A stretch of 30,196 nt of DNA from a virus (taxonomy: Duplodnaviria; Caudoviricetes). The stretch is taken from the IMG/VR virus record IMGVR_UViG_3300027791_000088, positions 1-30,196 of that record; one strand, written 5' to 3'. Positions within the stretch are counted from its first letter, which is position 1; each line of letters begins with the position of its first letter. The notes under the pieces are model-generated. The model made no database searches. It worked only from the letters and a program-made list of their open reading frames with translations, and was not told where the DNA came from. The translations under genes were made by a program, and so were the position numbers. Below, piece by piece: positions 1 through 9,268 of this stretch.

Positions 1-11
1 GGAGATTATTG

Positions 12-200
12 ATGTCTGGTCATTTCGCCACTGGTTCTACATTATACCAAGAATTTTTGGCGGAAAGAGAAGAGATATTAAAACACAAGTGGATCGAGTC
101 AGAGAAAGCTGGCGAAGATATAGGTTTTGAAAGAGCTTTATTAACTTGGGTAACTGGATACCGAGTTGAGTGGAAAAAACAGCGAGCTGATTTAAAATAA
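12..200 (+). CDS. small DUF4032-like protein
   Basis: LYQEFLAEREEILKHKWIESEKAGEDIGFERALLTW resembles the DUF4032 motif EI..H.W..SE..G.D.G. GGAG at 1-4 and ATG at 12 (ORF track starts at TTG 9). Confidence 0.6.
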   Translation: MSGHFATGSTLYQEFLAEREEILKHKWIESEKAGEDIGFERALLTWVTGYRVEWKKQRADLK

Positions 201-206
201 AACCTA

Positions 207-464
207 ATGGAACAATTCTTAGGTTTGGTATACACAGTGTGCTTTAGTACTTGCATTTGGCCGCAAATAATTAAAAGCGTAAAAACAAAAAAAGTAGAAG
301 ACGTCAGCATCTCTCTTTTTATTCTTTCTATTGTCGGATACATATCTGCTATATCTTATACCATTCTAAGAGTTGGCTTTGATTTTTGGTGGTTGATAAA
401 TTACTGTTTAAGTTTATTATCAGCTATAGTCATGGTTATACTGTGGTTTAAGTATAAAAAATGA
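207..464 (+). CDS. SemiSWEET / PQ-loop family three-helix membrane transporter
   Basis: 85 aa with three hydrophobic segments and the motif IWPQIIKSVKTKKVEDVS (PQ..K...TK...D.S); Asn in the third helix (WLIN). Confidence 0.8.
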   Translation: MEQFLGLVYTVCFSTCIWPQIIKSVKTKKVEDVSISLFILSIVGYISAISYTILRVGFDFWWLINYCLSLLSAIVMVILWFKYKK

Positions 465-1204
465 ACACTGTCATATTAAGCTCTTATTTTTCTAAGAAAA
501 GACATTCAAACAACGCTAACGACCATCATGTTGTAGGAAGGTTGCCCAATGGCCACGTTTTAAATGATGATTTTTCTTATATCAAAAAATGGTATAACTC
601 AGTACATAAAAACAACCTAAACGCTGTTCTTTTTCACGACAACCTTTCTGAAGATAAGGTAAAAAAGTACCAAACAGACAAGATAAAATTTATACGCACA
701 GAGGTAAACCATCATAACAATCAAGACTATAGATTTTTTTGTTTTAAAGACTTCTTGGAGAAGAATCATTTTGACTGTGTTTTTCACACAGATGTATCTG
801 ACGTTGTGGTTGTTAAAGACCCAGGACAGCTACTAAAAGATTTCCCAGAACACTCTTATTTTTTTTGTAAGGACAGCATAAAACTATGCCAATTCCCATA
901 CTTGCAATGGCATAAGGCATTTTCTTTTCAAGACGTAATGAAAATTTATCTGAATCAAAACAGATGGGATCTAATAAATGTGGGTGTAGGAGGAGGAAGT
1001 TTCGACTCCATGAAAAAATTTTACAACGAGTTTTGCAAGTTAAGAGAACCACTCGGAAACTTTGACAATGTTTTTGATATGTTTATTCCTCAATATCTAT
1101 TACGCTCTTACTTTGATGATAAATTTATTTTAGGAGAACCAGTTTGCAGCGAGTTTAAAGAATATCAAAACGACAGACAGGATGTATATTTTATACATAA
1201 ATAA
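461..1204 (+). CDS. putative glycosyltransferase-like (GT-A-like) protein
   Basis: VFHTDVSDVVV (DxxD) motif, later LINVGVGGG and terminal FIHK; lies next to gmd; ATGA overlap with the upstream gene. Confidence 0.5.
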   Translation: MNTVILSSYFSKKRHSNNANDHHVVGRLPNGHVLNDDFSYIKKWYNSVHKNNLNAVLFHDNLSEDKVKKYQTDKIKFIRTEVNHHNNQDYRFFCFKDFLEKNHFDCVFHTDVSDVVVVKDPGQLLKDFPEHSYFFCKDSIKLCQFPYLQWHKAFSFQDVMKIYLNQNRWDLINVGVGGGSFDSMKKFYNEFCKLREPLGNFDNVFDMFIPQYLLRSYFDDKFILGEPVCSEFKEYQNDRQDVYFIHK

Positions 1205-1207
1205 ATT

Positions 1208-2251
1208 ATGAAAAAAGTAATAGTAACAGGAGTAACAGGTCAAGTCGGATCTTATATGGCCGACTTTCTATTGAAGTTTACAGATCTAGAAGTTTATGGA
1301 GCCATTAGAAGGTTGAGTGTCCCCAATCACAAAAATATAGAAAAAGCTAAACTAGATCCAAAATTCAAGCTTATTGAAATGGATCTAACCGATGAGCATA
1401 GTATGTTCGGCGTAATTCAAGAAATTAAACCAGATTACTTTATAAATTTTGCGGCAAATTCTTTTGTTGGTAACAGTTGGCACATGCCAGCCAATCACTT
1501 TGATGTAAACGCCTTAGGAGTGATGCGTCAATTAGAAGCTATTCGCAAGATCTGTCCCGATTGTAAATATTATAATGCTGGCTCTTCTGAAGAGTTCGGC
1601 GATGTCGCGTATAGCCCACAAGACCTTAATCACCCACCAAGACCAAGAAGCCCTTACGGAGCGTCGAAGGTCGCCGCCAGACAAATTGTTAAAGTTTGGA
1701 GAGATTCTTATAATCTATTCGCTATCCAAGGATACCTTTTCAATCACGAATCAGAACGTCGAGGTGAAGAGTTTGTTACTAGAAAAATTTCTATGAATGC
1801 GGCTAGAATTAAAAAAGAATTAAATGAAGGCAAAAAGCCAGAACCATTTGATTTAGGAAATATCGAAGCCAAGAGAGACTGGAGCCATGCTTATGATTTT
1901 GTTAGAGCAGTATGGTTAATGTTGAATGAGGAAAAACCAAAAGATTATTTGTTAGCTTCTGGAGAAACTCACACAGTTAGAGAGTTTGTGGAAAAAGCAT
2001 TCGAAGCTGCAGAAATAGAAACTCATTGGCACGAAGAAGACAACCCAATCAACACAAAATTAATTCATACTAAAACTGGATCTATTTTATTGAACATCAA
2101 TAAAGATTTTTATAGACCAGCCGAAGTTGAACTTTTGCTTGGAGATCCATCTGAAGCGCAAAAAGACCTTCATTGGGAAAAAAGTGTTGACTTCACCACG
2201 TTAGTTCGTAGGATGGTTGTTAATGACATTGAAGAAATTAACGCCACATAG
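1208..2251 (+). CDS. gmd: GDP-mannose 4,6-dehydratase
   Basis: Motifs TGVTGQVGSY, SSEEFG, SPYGASK (YxxxK), FNHESERRGEEFVTRKI, GNIEAKRDW and RPAEVELLLGD. Confidence 0.93.
   Translation: MKKVIVTGVTGQVGSYMADFLLKFTDLEVYGAIRRLSVPNHKNIEKAKLDPKFKLIEMDLTDEHSMFGVIQEIKPDYFINFAANSFVGNSWHMPANHFDVNALGVMRQLEAIRKICPDCKYYNAGSSEEFGDVAYSPQDLNHPPRPRSPYGASKVAARQIVKVWRDSYNLFAIQGYLFNHESERRGEEFVTRKISMNAARIKKELNEGKKPEPFDLGNIEAKRDWSHAYDFVRAVWLMLNEEKPKDYLLASGETHTVREFVEKAFEAAEIETHWHEEDNPINTKLIHTKTGSILLNINKDFYRPAEVELLLGDPSEAQKDLHWEKSVDFTTLVRRMVVNDIEEINAT
2187..2214 (+). promoter_or_regulatory. sigma70-like promoter TTGACT-16nt-TAGGAT inside the gmd 3' end
   Basis: -35 at 2187-2192, -10 at 2209-2214, ATG at 2223 eight nt downstream. 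Confidence 0.5.
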
Positions 2252-2579
2252 AAGGCGACAACTAGCAATCCAAAGGCTTATTGAGGTTCCCAAGGTACAA
2301 AAGAGATTCTTTTGGTCTAGGGAGATGAAGTTATTAAAAGACCTAGAGGCTAGATATTCTCTAGACTTCCTGGAAATTGCCACTTTCCCAAAGAAGTACG
2401 ATAGCCTAGCTTACTTAGTGTCCAAAGAGTTGAAATCAACAATGGAAAGAAAATGGAGAAACTTCAACTTTAAAGTGGACTTGTCTAAATACGAATCCAT
2501 TGTTTTAGGAGAAAAAACTGGAAAAGATTACATTCCCAACGATAATAAACCAAAGAATACAAAAGATTTACTTAAATGA
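2223..2579 (+). CDS. hypothetical basic protein upstream of recA
   Basis: Open frame overlapping the gmd end, ATGA-coupled to recA. ATG at 2223 preferred over TTG 2217. Confidence 0.7.
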   Translation: MTLKKLTPHRRRQLAIQRLIEVPKVQKRFFWSREMKLLKDLEARYSLDFLEIATFPKKYDSLAYLVSKELKSTMERKWRNFNFKVDLSKYESIVLGEKTGKDYIPNDNKPKNTKDLLK

Positions 2580-3688
2580 GCGATAAAGATTCAGAAATAC
2601 TAGAAAAGTTCCTTAAAGACAAAAAAGGGCAACATTATAACTTCGAGGAAACGATTGACTACAAGGCATCCAGCGGGTCTCTTCAACTCGACTTGAACCT
2701 AAATGGTGGCTTCGGGCCAGGATTACACAGGTTTGTGGGCATGAACGAGGGCGGCAAAACTTCTGCAGCTTTAGAGGTCATGAAGAATATGCTTAACACC
2801 CAAAAGCAAGCCAAAGGTTTTTACATCAAAGCTGAAGGTCGTCTTTCAAACGAGATGGTAGCTCGGGCTGGCGTCAAGTTTGTGTATAATGCAAAAGATT
2901 GGGTAAATGGCACCTGCTTTGTTTTTGAAAGTAATATTTATGAGGTTGTAGTCGACGCTATCAAGACCTTAGTTGACCAAAACGAAGATAAGCAGCGCTA
3001 CTGCTTCATATTAGATTCTGTTGACGGCTTAATATCTCAAGTAGATATTGATAAATCCTTTTATGATTCTAACAAAGTGGCTGGCGGAGCAGTAATTGCA
3101 GCGAACTTTATGAAGAGAATGTCCATTTCTCTTGCAAAAAGGGGTCATATGGCCATTTTCATCAGCCAAGTGAGGGCAGACATCAAGTTAGACCCCTACT
3201 CCAAAGCTCCGATACGTCAGACGTCAGCAACAGGAGGCAATGCACTTTTACACTTTGCCAACTATATTATTGAGTTTGAGCCTCGATTTAGATCTGATAT
3301 GATTTTACAAGATCCAACAAAGAAGCAACCAGACCCTAAGACTAACCCTATTATTGGTCATTGGGCCAAAGCTACGATTAAGAAGTCCCCAAATGAGAAG
3401 ACTAATAATACCATTCCGTACCCTATCAGATATGGTAGAACTGGTGGCAAGTCTATTTGGGTAGAAAAAGAACTCGTCGACTTATTGTATATGTGGGAGT
3501 TCGTCACTAAAAAGGGTGCTTGGATTACAATTGGAGAAGAGTTTAAGGAGCTTGTTGCTGGCGTTACGCAAGATTTGCCAGAGAAGATACAAGGAGAAGC
3601 TAATCTATTTAAGATGATTGAAGAAAATGAGGAGCTTTCTGAGTTTTTAATTAATTATTTTAAATCCAATATTGGTGAATTAATTTGA
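2576..3688 (+). CDS. recA: RecA/UvsX-family recombinase
   Basis: SSGSLQLDLNLNGG, Walker A GMNEGGKT, catalytic E in IKAEG, Walker B FILDSV, IFISQVR and TGGNALLHFA. Confidence 0.9.
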   Translation: MSDKDSEILEKFLKDKKGQHYNFEETIDYKASSGSLQLDLNLNGGFGPGLHRFVGMNEGGKTSAALEVMKNMLNTQKQAKGFYIKAEGRLSNEMVARAGVKFVYNAKDWVNGTCFVFESNIYEVVVDAIKTLVDQNEDKQRYCFILDSVDGLISQVDIDKSFYDSNKVAGGAVIAANFMKRMSISLAKRGHMAIFISQVRADIKLDPYSKAPIRQTSATGGNALLHFANYIIEFEPRFRSDMILQDPTKKQPDPKTNPIIGHWAKATIKKSPNEKTNNTIPYPIRYGRTGGKSIWVEKELVDLLYMWEFVTKKGAWITIGEEFKELVAGVTQDLPEKIQGEANLFKMIEENEELSEFLINYFKSNIGELI

Positions 3689-4086
3689 AGTTCTTAACCT
3701 TATATGGCAAAGAAAAGCCTCTCAAAAGCCCACATAAGTACAAAATTAAATGGAACGGTAAATGCCGTAGTAAATTTCAAGCAGAGGTAAGAAAATACAT
3801 ATATAAGCATTGGAGATATGATGCTGTATATGAGGAATTCAGGGTTATAGGCACTCAATTATCTTTAGATTTCTACAACCACAATAGAAAAATAGCGATT
3901 GAAGTGCAAGGGGCCCAGCATTTACAGTTTGTAAAGCATTTTCACAAGACTAGAGCCAATTTTATTCGCCAAATACGTAGAGATAACAAAAAAATAGAAT
4001 TTTGTGAAATGAACGACATAAGATTAATAGAAATTTACCCAGATGACGAATTATCAGAAGATTTTTTCGCAAACCTTTTGGGGTAG
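3685..4086 (+). CDS. DUF559/Vsr-like PD-(D/E)XK endonuclease
   Basis: LDFY...KIAIEVQGAQH...RDNKKIEFC...IRLIEI pattern; TTG start in a TTGA overlap with the recA stop. Confidence 0.75.
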   Translation: MKFLTLYGKEKPLKSPHKYKIKWNGKCRSKFQAEVRKYIYKHWRYDAVYEEFRVIGTQLSLDFYNHNRKIAIEVQGAQHLQFVKHFHKTRANFIRQIRRDNKKIEFCEMNDIRLIEIYPDDELSEDFFANLLG

Positions 4087-4091
4087 TGTAA
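4086..4091 (+). promoter_or_regulatory. GTGTAA upstream motif (candidate phage-specific promoter element)
   Basis: 10 nt upstream of ATG 4102; the same hexamer lies 8-12 nt upstream of three other starts. Confidence 0.4.
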
Positions 4092-4101
4092 AATATTGAG
4101 G

Positions 4102-4350
4102 ATGGAATCTAAACCTAAATTTAAAAATTTTGAATTACCCCCTAAAATTCTTACTCAATTATATGAACTTACAGGTGGCGCAGAGTCCTATAAGGGCTTT
4201 ATAATAGCCTACTGCAACGAAGAGGGTACTCCAGTTGTTTACACAAACTGCGAGTCTCAAATTACAGAGTCTGGACTTATTAAATCTATAGAAAATTACA
4301 TAACTGAGTACACTCAAAATAGTTACGAATTAAGCCAAGAGTCGGAATAG
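4102..4350 (+). CDS. hypothetical protein
   Basis: Fills the gap between the nuclease and helicase genes. ATG at 4102 preferred over TTG 4096. Confidence 0.7.
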   Translation: MESKPKFKNFELPPKILTQLYELTGGAESYKGFIIAYCNEEGTPVVYTNCESQITESGLIKSIENYITEYTQNSYELSQESE

Positions 4351-4353
4351 TGC

Positions 4354-4381
4354 TTGACAAGCCAAGCGTTTTATGTAGTAT
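4354..4381 (+). promoter_or_regulatory. sigma70-like promoter TTGACA-16nt-TAGTAT for dnaB
   Basis: Perfect -35 at 4354-4359 in the intergenic gap, -10 at 4376-4381, ATG at 4391. Confidence 0.65.
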
Positions 4382-4390
4382 GGGCTACAT

Positions 4391-5905
4391 ATGATATATA
4401 GCCTCGAAATTGAAAAGCAGGTTTTGGCCGCCTTTATACAAAAGCCAAATACGCTCATAAACTTCATGCACCTTATTGGTGAATCGGATTTTTATGATGG
4501 ATCGCTATTGCACAAAACTATTTTTGCGGTCATAAAGAGAGCTTGCCAAAAAGACGAAAGTATTGACGACATAGTTTTGGTTCAAAGAATCAAAGACTTA
4601 GGGATAAAGTTTGAGGAAGACATCTCTCTGGTTGATTATGTAAGATCCCTCTCAATGAGAAGGATCAACTCGGAAGAAAAGATTGAGTCTTCCATCAAAG
4701 AGCTTAAAAAATACAGCGTCCGAAGAGAGATTACGAAGACAGCAAACAACATTGCGGAATCAATGAAAAGTGTATCTACAGACACTTCGTACTTAAAGAT
4801 TATTGAAAACGCCGATCAGATATATAACGATAAAATTAATTTATTTGAGGTCGGCGATGATGTCCCGTCAAATATTTACGAGGAGATGGAAGACTTTATC
4901 GAAGATCGGGGCAACAACCCAATCGATGAGTTTGGCATGATGGGACCACATCCAAAGATCAATGAGATTTATGGTTCTCTTTTGCGCCCAGGAAATATCA
5001 CCGTTATTGTCGCACGTTCTGGAGTAGGCAAGACTCAGTTTTGTATGCACTACGCCACCCAAGTTTCAGCCAGGTATGATGTTCCAGTTTTGCACTTCGA
5101 CAATGGAGAGATGAGTAAAGAAGAATTAATAATTCGGCAATGCGCTTCTATTTCTGGAGTCGCGTCCCACTTGTTAGAAAGCGGCAAGTGGAGGCAGGCT
5201 GGGCCAGAGGTTGTGTCTAAAGTGCGCTCCGTCTGGAGCAAGGTCAAAAAGCTCCAGTTTTACTACTACAACGTCGGAGGTATGGACGTCGATTCCATGA
5301 TTAACACGCTTAAACGCTTTTACTATTCAAAGGTTGGCCGCGGAAATAAGATGGTATTTTCCTTTGATTATATTAAAACATCTTCAGAAAGCGGCGGTAA
5401 CAAAAGCGAATGGCAGACAGTTGGTGAAATGGTAGATAAGTTTAAGAAGTGCATACAGAAAGAAATATTAGAAGAAGGCAATCCAGTAATACCAATGATT
5501 ACATCCGTTCAGTCAAATCGCAGCGGTATCACCACTAATCGTCAGAGCGCAAACATTGTTGATGACGAGTCTATTGTTTCTCTCTCTGACCGCATAACTC
5601 AATTCTGCTCTCATATGTTTATTCTACGCCAGAAAACAAATGACGAAGTTGCAGAAGAAGGTAATCAGTTTGGTACACATAAACTCATTAACGTAAAGTC
5701 TAGACACTTGGGCAAAGATATCGCGGGCGCAGTCGAGCCAGTTCAAGTCGACGACAACCTTCGTAAGAATTTTGTTAACCTATCTTTCATGAACTTTAAC
5801 ATTACAGAGTGTGGAGATTTGAGAGATATCGTAAACTTCAGAGATACTGGCGGGGATTTAAATCAATCTTCTTCTAACGGAATTCCTTCATTTGATGACC
5901 TATAG
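4391..5905 (+). CDS. dnaB: replicative DNA helicase, DnaB family
   Basis: N-terminal SLEIEKQVLA domain, Walker A ARSGVGKT, GEMSKEEL, FDYIK, SVQSNR and KSRH arginine-finger region. Confidence 0.9.
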   Translation: MIYSLEIEKQVLAAFIQKPNTLINFMHLIGESDFYDGSLLHKTIFAVIKRACQKDESIDDIVLVQRIKDLGIKFEEDISLVDYVRSLSMRRINSEEKIESSIKELKKYSVRREITKTANNIAESMKSVSTDTSYLKIIENADQIYNDKINLFEVGDDVPSNIYEEMEDFIEDRGNNPIDEFGMMGPHPKINEIYGSLLRPGNITVIVARSGVGKTQFCMHYATQVSARYDVPVLHFDNGEMSKEELIIRQCASISGVASHLLESGKWRQAGPEVVSKVRSVWSKVKKLQFYYYNVGGMDVDSMINTLKRFYYSKVGRGNKMVFSFDYIKTSSESGGNKSEWQTVGEMVDKFKKCIQKEILEEGNPVIPMITSVQSNRSGITTNRQSANIVDDESIVSLSDRITQFCSHMFILRQKTNDEVAEEGNQFGTHKLINVKSRHLGKDIAGAVEPVQVDDNLRKNFVNLSFMNFNITECGDLRDIVNFRDTGGDLNQSSSNGIPSFDDL

Positions 5906-6935
5906 AGAATCATTAGATAAGTTGGGCTACCCGCTCCAAGATTGCGGTTCTCATTGGAGAACTCGAGCTATATATAGAAATGGAAAAACAAACACTTCTG
6001 TTATCATCTATAAAGACAGCGGTGTTTGGAAAGATTTTGGCGGAGACAATCAAGCTAAACCTTTTTCTGCTTTAGTGCAGGAAACATTAAATACAAACGA
6101 CCCCAAGACGCTCAAAGAATATTTGATTGATGCTCCAGATCAACAATACAAACCCAAACCCATAGAAGAAAAAATAGAAATGGAAAAAATATATCCCGAA
6201 TCCTATTTAGATAAGCTTCTACCAATGAAGACTTTCTACGAAAAAAGAGGCATCTCTTCCAAAACGCAAGATAAGTTTAAATGCGGTTATGCTGGCGGTG
6301 GTAAAATGTACCGCAGGATCGTATTTCCCATTTATGATCTAGATAACCAGATACATGGTTTCTCTGGTCGCAGTGTTACCGATGATAAAAACATTCCCAA
6401 GTGGAAACATATGGGCCGCAAAACAAATTGGGTTTATCCCCATCATCTTTCGCGCAAAAGTATAGAAGAAAAAGAGGAAGTTATACTCGTAGAAAGCATC
6501 GGCGATTGTATGGCTCTTTATGAAGCTGGCTATGATAACGTCTTAATGTTGGCTGGTCTAGATATTTCCTCAAAAATAATTTCTTACCTAAACTCGTTCG
6601 ACTTAAAGAGAATTATTATTGCAACAAATAATGATGACAGTAAAGATGAGAACACTGGTGCGCTAGCATCAATCAAAGTCGCGGCGAAGTTGTCCTCCGT
6701 TTTTGACTTATCCCTAATTAAAATTAACCCTCCCGTCTGTAATGATTTTGGCGAAATGCTAGAGTGCGACACGGGCATGTTAGAAAATTTTAAAGAATGG
6801 TACGAAAGGAAAGACAAGTGGAGCTTAGGCGACAATAAATTTCAAGAGTATGTATTAAAGAAAATAAAATCAAACGACAAGTTGTTTAAAAATACACACT
6901 GCAAAAAATTAATAAAAATTTCAAATGGAAGTTAA
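5892..6935 (+). CDS. dnaG: DNA primase, DnaG/TOPRIM family, divergent
   Basis: RRIVFPIYDLDNQIHGFSGR, PKWK, TOPRIM VILVESIGD and IIIATNNDD. Start could be ATG 5895. Confidence 0.85.
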   Translation: MMTYRESLDKLGYPLQDCGSHWRTRAIYRNGKTNTSVIIYKDSGVWKDFGGDNQAKPFSALVQETLNTNDPKTLKEYLIDAPDQQYKPKPIEEKIEMEKIYPESYLDKLLPMKTFYEKRGISSKTQDKFKCGYAGGGKMYRRIVFPIYDLDNQIHGFSGRSVTDDKNIPKWKHMGRKTNWVYPHHLSRKSIEEKEEVILVESIGDCMALYEAGYDNVLMLAGLDISSKIISYLNSFDLKRIIIATNNDDSKDENTGALASIKVAAKLSSVFDLSLIKINPPVCNDFGEMLECDTGMLENFKEWYERKDKWSLGDNKFQEYVLKKIKSNDKLFKNTHCKKLIKISNGS

Positions 6936-7923
6936 ATTATCAGCAAGTCGTATCAAAACGGCGCAATCGTGCAGTTGGATATACTGGAGCAAGTACAAAC
7001 AAAAACTGCCCGATACAAATAATGACGGAGCTCGTCGGGGTACGGTGTGTCATAATGTTTTTGAATTTCTGTCTAAACAAAAAACCAAAACCCACTATAA
7101 TAAAGTAGTAAAGTCTAAAGACCCGTTTGCCTCTAAAGCTGTTCAGGATTTGATCATGTCAGACGCTACAGAGCTTGGAGTTACAGATGATGACAATATG
7201 AATCTAATAAAACAAATGATTCTTAACGGACTTAGTTGTAATTTTCACGGAGAAGATCTGGGTATACCAGACGAAGCTCATGCCGAGTTAGATTTCGACA
7301 TAGAGCAAAATGGTTATCATATTCGCGGTTTTATTGACCAATTATTTCTGTATAAAGATAAAAAGATCGCCATTATTCGAGATTATAAGACTAGCAAAAA
7401 AATGTTTGAGGGTAAGGAAAAAGAAGACAATCTTCAAGACTACATGTATTCACTTGCGGTCAAAACGCTTTTTCCAGAATATGTGAATAGGACTTCTGAG
7501 TTTTTATTTTTAAAGTTCGACTTAGATAAAAAGGGGCTGATGAAAATGAACCCTATTGACGAAGATGACCTAGAAGGTTTTGAACTACAACTATCTTCGG
7601 TTCAGGATTATTTAGAAAACTTTGATGAAAAAGACGCCGTATCAAATTTTGCTATAGACAAAGGCTTTCCAGATGATGGCTCGTTTGGGGGCAGGCTCCA
7701 ATGCGGTTTCGCTAAAGAAAAAGGCCAACTTAAAAAGGACGGCAGCGTTATGTGGCACTGCCCCTATAAGTTCGACTTTTGGCACGTTAGCATCTTAGAC
7801 AAAGATGGGGAGTTTCATTCTTCTTGCTTTCAAGACGACTTTAAAAAGGACATGGTTCCAGAGGGCGGAAGCCATGAATTAAAATATTACGAAGGCTGCC
7901 CAAAACACTTGACAAATAGATAA
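6925..7923 (+). CDS. PD-(D/E)XK exonuclease, RecB/AddB/Cas4-like
   Basis: LSASRI....C, GTVCH, IRGFID, IRDYKT, QDYMY and C-terminal cysteines (QC, HCPY, GCP). Confidence 0.85.
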   Translation: MEVKLSASRIKTAQSCSWIYWSKYKQKLPDTNNDGARRGTVCHNVFEFLSKQKTKTHYNKVVKSKDPFASKAVQDLIMSDATELGVTDDDNMNLIKQMILNGLSCNFHGEDLGIPDEAHAELDFDIEQNGYHIRGFIDQLFLYKDKKIAIIRDYKTSKKMFEGKEKEDNLQDYMYSLAVKTLFPEYVNRTSEFLFLKFDLDKKGLMKMNPIDEDDLEGFELQLSSVQDYLENFDEKDAVSNFAIDKGFPDDGSFGGRLQCGFAKEKGQLKKDGSVMWHCPYKFDFWHVSILDKDGEFHSSCFQDDFKKDMVPEGGSHELKYYEGCPKHLTNR

Positions 7924-7936
7924 TAGTATGTACATT
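7909..7936 (+). promoter_or_regulatory. sigma70-like promoter TTGACA-16nt-TACATT for the polymerase genes
   Basis: -35 at 7909-7914, -10 at 7931-7936, ATG at 7944 seven nt downstream. Confidence 0.6.
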
Positions 7937-7943
7937 GTTACAT

Positions 7944-8633
7944 ATGACGCCTTTATTTAAAACTCATTTTTCTATAGGTCGCAGCATTCTACGCATTGAA
8001 GATGTAGAAAGAATCTGCAAAGACGAAGAAATAAACGAAATCTTCTTGGTTGAAGATTCAATGACTGGCTTCCCAGAAGCTTTTAAAACCCTTGCAGATA
8101 AGTTAAGATTCGGTTTCCGCTTTTCTGTTTACAACGAAGACCTTAGTGAAGAGTCCGAAAGTAAAATGATTGCTTTTCCAGATGGAGACGCGGGAGCCAA
8201 AGAATTATATTCGCTGTACACCGAGAGCTTTGATAAAAAAATTGTAAACCCATGGGATCATACAAAAAATATAGCGTATGCTGTCCCTTTCTACGATTCC
8301 TTTTTGCATAAAAATTTAACTTCATTCTCAAACTGCATGATCGATCTTCCGTCTGATATTCTCTTCTTCGTAGAAAGAAATAGTTTACCATTTGATTCAA
8401 TTCTTGAAGAAAAAATTATAGATTACGTTACGAACACTTTTGGAAACACTGATAAATATATTGAGTTAGCAAAATCAATTTATTACGAGAGTATGGAGGA
8501 TGTCAGCGCATTTCAAACATACAAATGCATTTGCAATCGTAAGCCTGGTAGACAAGCTAGTTTGTCCAATCCGCGGCTTGATCATTTTGGTAGCGATCGT
8601 TTTTGCATAGAAGCCTGGAAGGAGGAGAAATAA
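7944..8633 (+). CDS. standalone PHP-like N-terminal portion of DNA polymerase III alpha
   Basis: PLFKTHFSIGRSILRIEDV..IC...I..IFLVEDSMTGF aligns with the DnaE start HLH.HS.YS.LDG...I..LV......A.ALTDH..M.G. It lies two genes before a DnaE that lacks this region. Confidence 0.75.
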   Translation: MTPLFKTHFSIGRSILRIEDVERICKDEEINEIFLVEDSMTGFPEAFKTLADKLRFGFRFSVYNEDLSEESESKMIAFPDGDAGAKELYSLYTESFDKKIVNPWDHTKNIAYAVPFYDSFLHKNLTSFSNCMIDLPSDILFFVERNSLPFDSILEEKIIDYVTNTFGNTDKYIELAKSIYYESMEDVSAFQTYKCICNRKPGRQASLSNPRLDHFGSDRFCIEAWKEEK

Positions 8634-8635
8634 TA

Positions 8636-9268
8636 ATGGAAGACTTACTTAGATTTAAATTTGATCAAAAATACGTTATCTTTGATACCGAAACCGAGGG
8701 CCTAAACCTCGTTTCTTCAAAGCCTTGGCAACTTGCTTGGATCGAGGCTAAGGGTAAAAAAATTATTAAAAAGCAAAACAGGTTTTTGATGTGGGAAGAC
8801 TTAAATGTCTCAGAGGACGCCGCAAGAATTACTGGCTTCAGCAAAAAAGATTACGTCTCTAAAGCCGAAGATCCAGCCGTAGTCTTCAAAGAGTTTATGG
8901 ATTTAATAAGCCAAGACGATGTCATTGTCGTCGGCCAGAATATTCTTGGCTACGACTTGTATATGCTTGGGGTTATTGCTCGTAATTTAAATACAAAAAT
9001 AGATTACTCTTTCGCTAAGCGGTGCTTCGATACTAAAGCAATTGCCACAGCTATAGCCAAAGACAACAAAAACCCAGATAAGGAAGATTTTCTAGCTTGG
9101 CAACTAAGATATCTTAATTATAGAGAAAGAGGCCTCAAGTCTAGTCAAAAGTTTCTGTTGCAGCATTATGATATTGACTTTGACGAAGGAAAGCTGCATG
9201 ATGCTTTATACGATATAGAAAAGAACTTTGAAATATTTCAAAAACAATTATGGGAATTAGAAATTTAA
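8636..9268 (+). CDS. DEDDh 3'-5' exonuclease (DnaQ/epsilon-like)
   Basis: ExoI IFDTETEGL, ExoII GQNILGYD, ExoIII LHDALYD. GGAGGAG at 8621-8627 supports ATG 8636. Confidence 0.88.
   Translation: MEDLLRFKFDQKYVIFDTETEGLNLVSSKPWQLAWIEAKGKKIIKKQNRFLMWEDLNVSEDAARITGFSKKDYVSKAEDPAVVFKEFMDLISQDDVIVVGQNILGYDLYMLGVIARNLNTKIDYSFAKRCFDTKAIATAIAKDNKNPDKEDFLAWQLRYLNYRERGLKSSQKFLLQHYDIDFDEGKLHDALYDIEKNFEIFQKQLWELEI

Noticed and set aside
6925-7923. CRISPR-Cas locus from the Cas4-like gene
   Set aside because: There are no other cas genes or array, and the context is replication/recombination.
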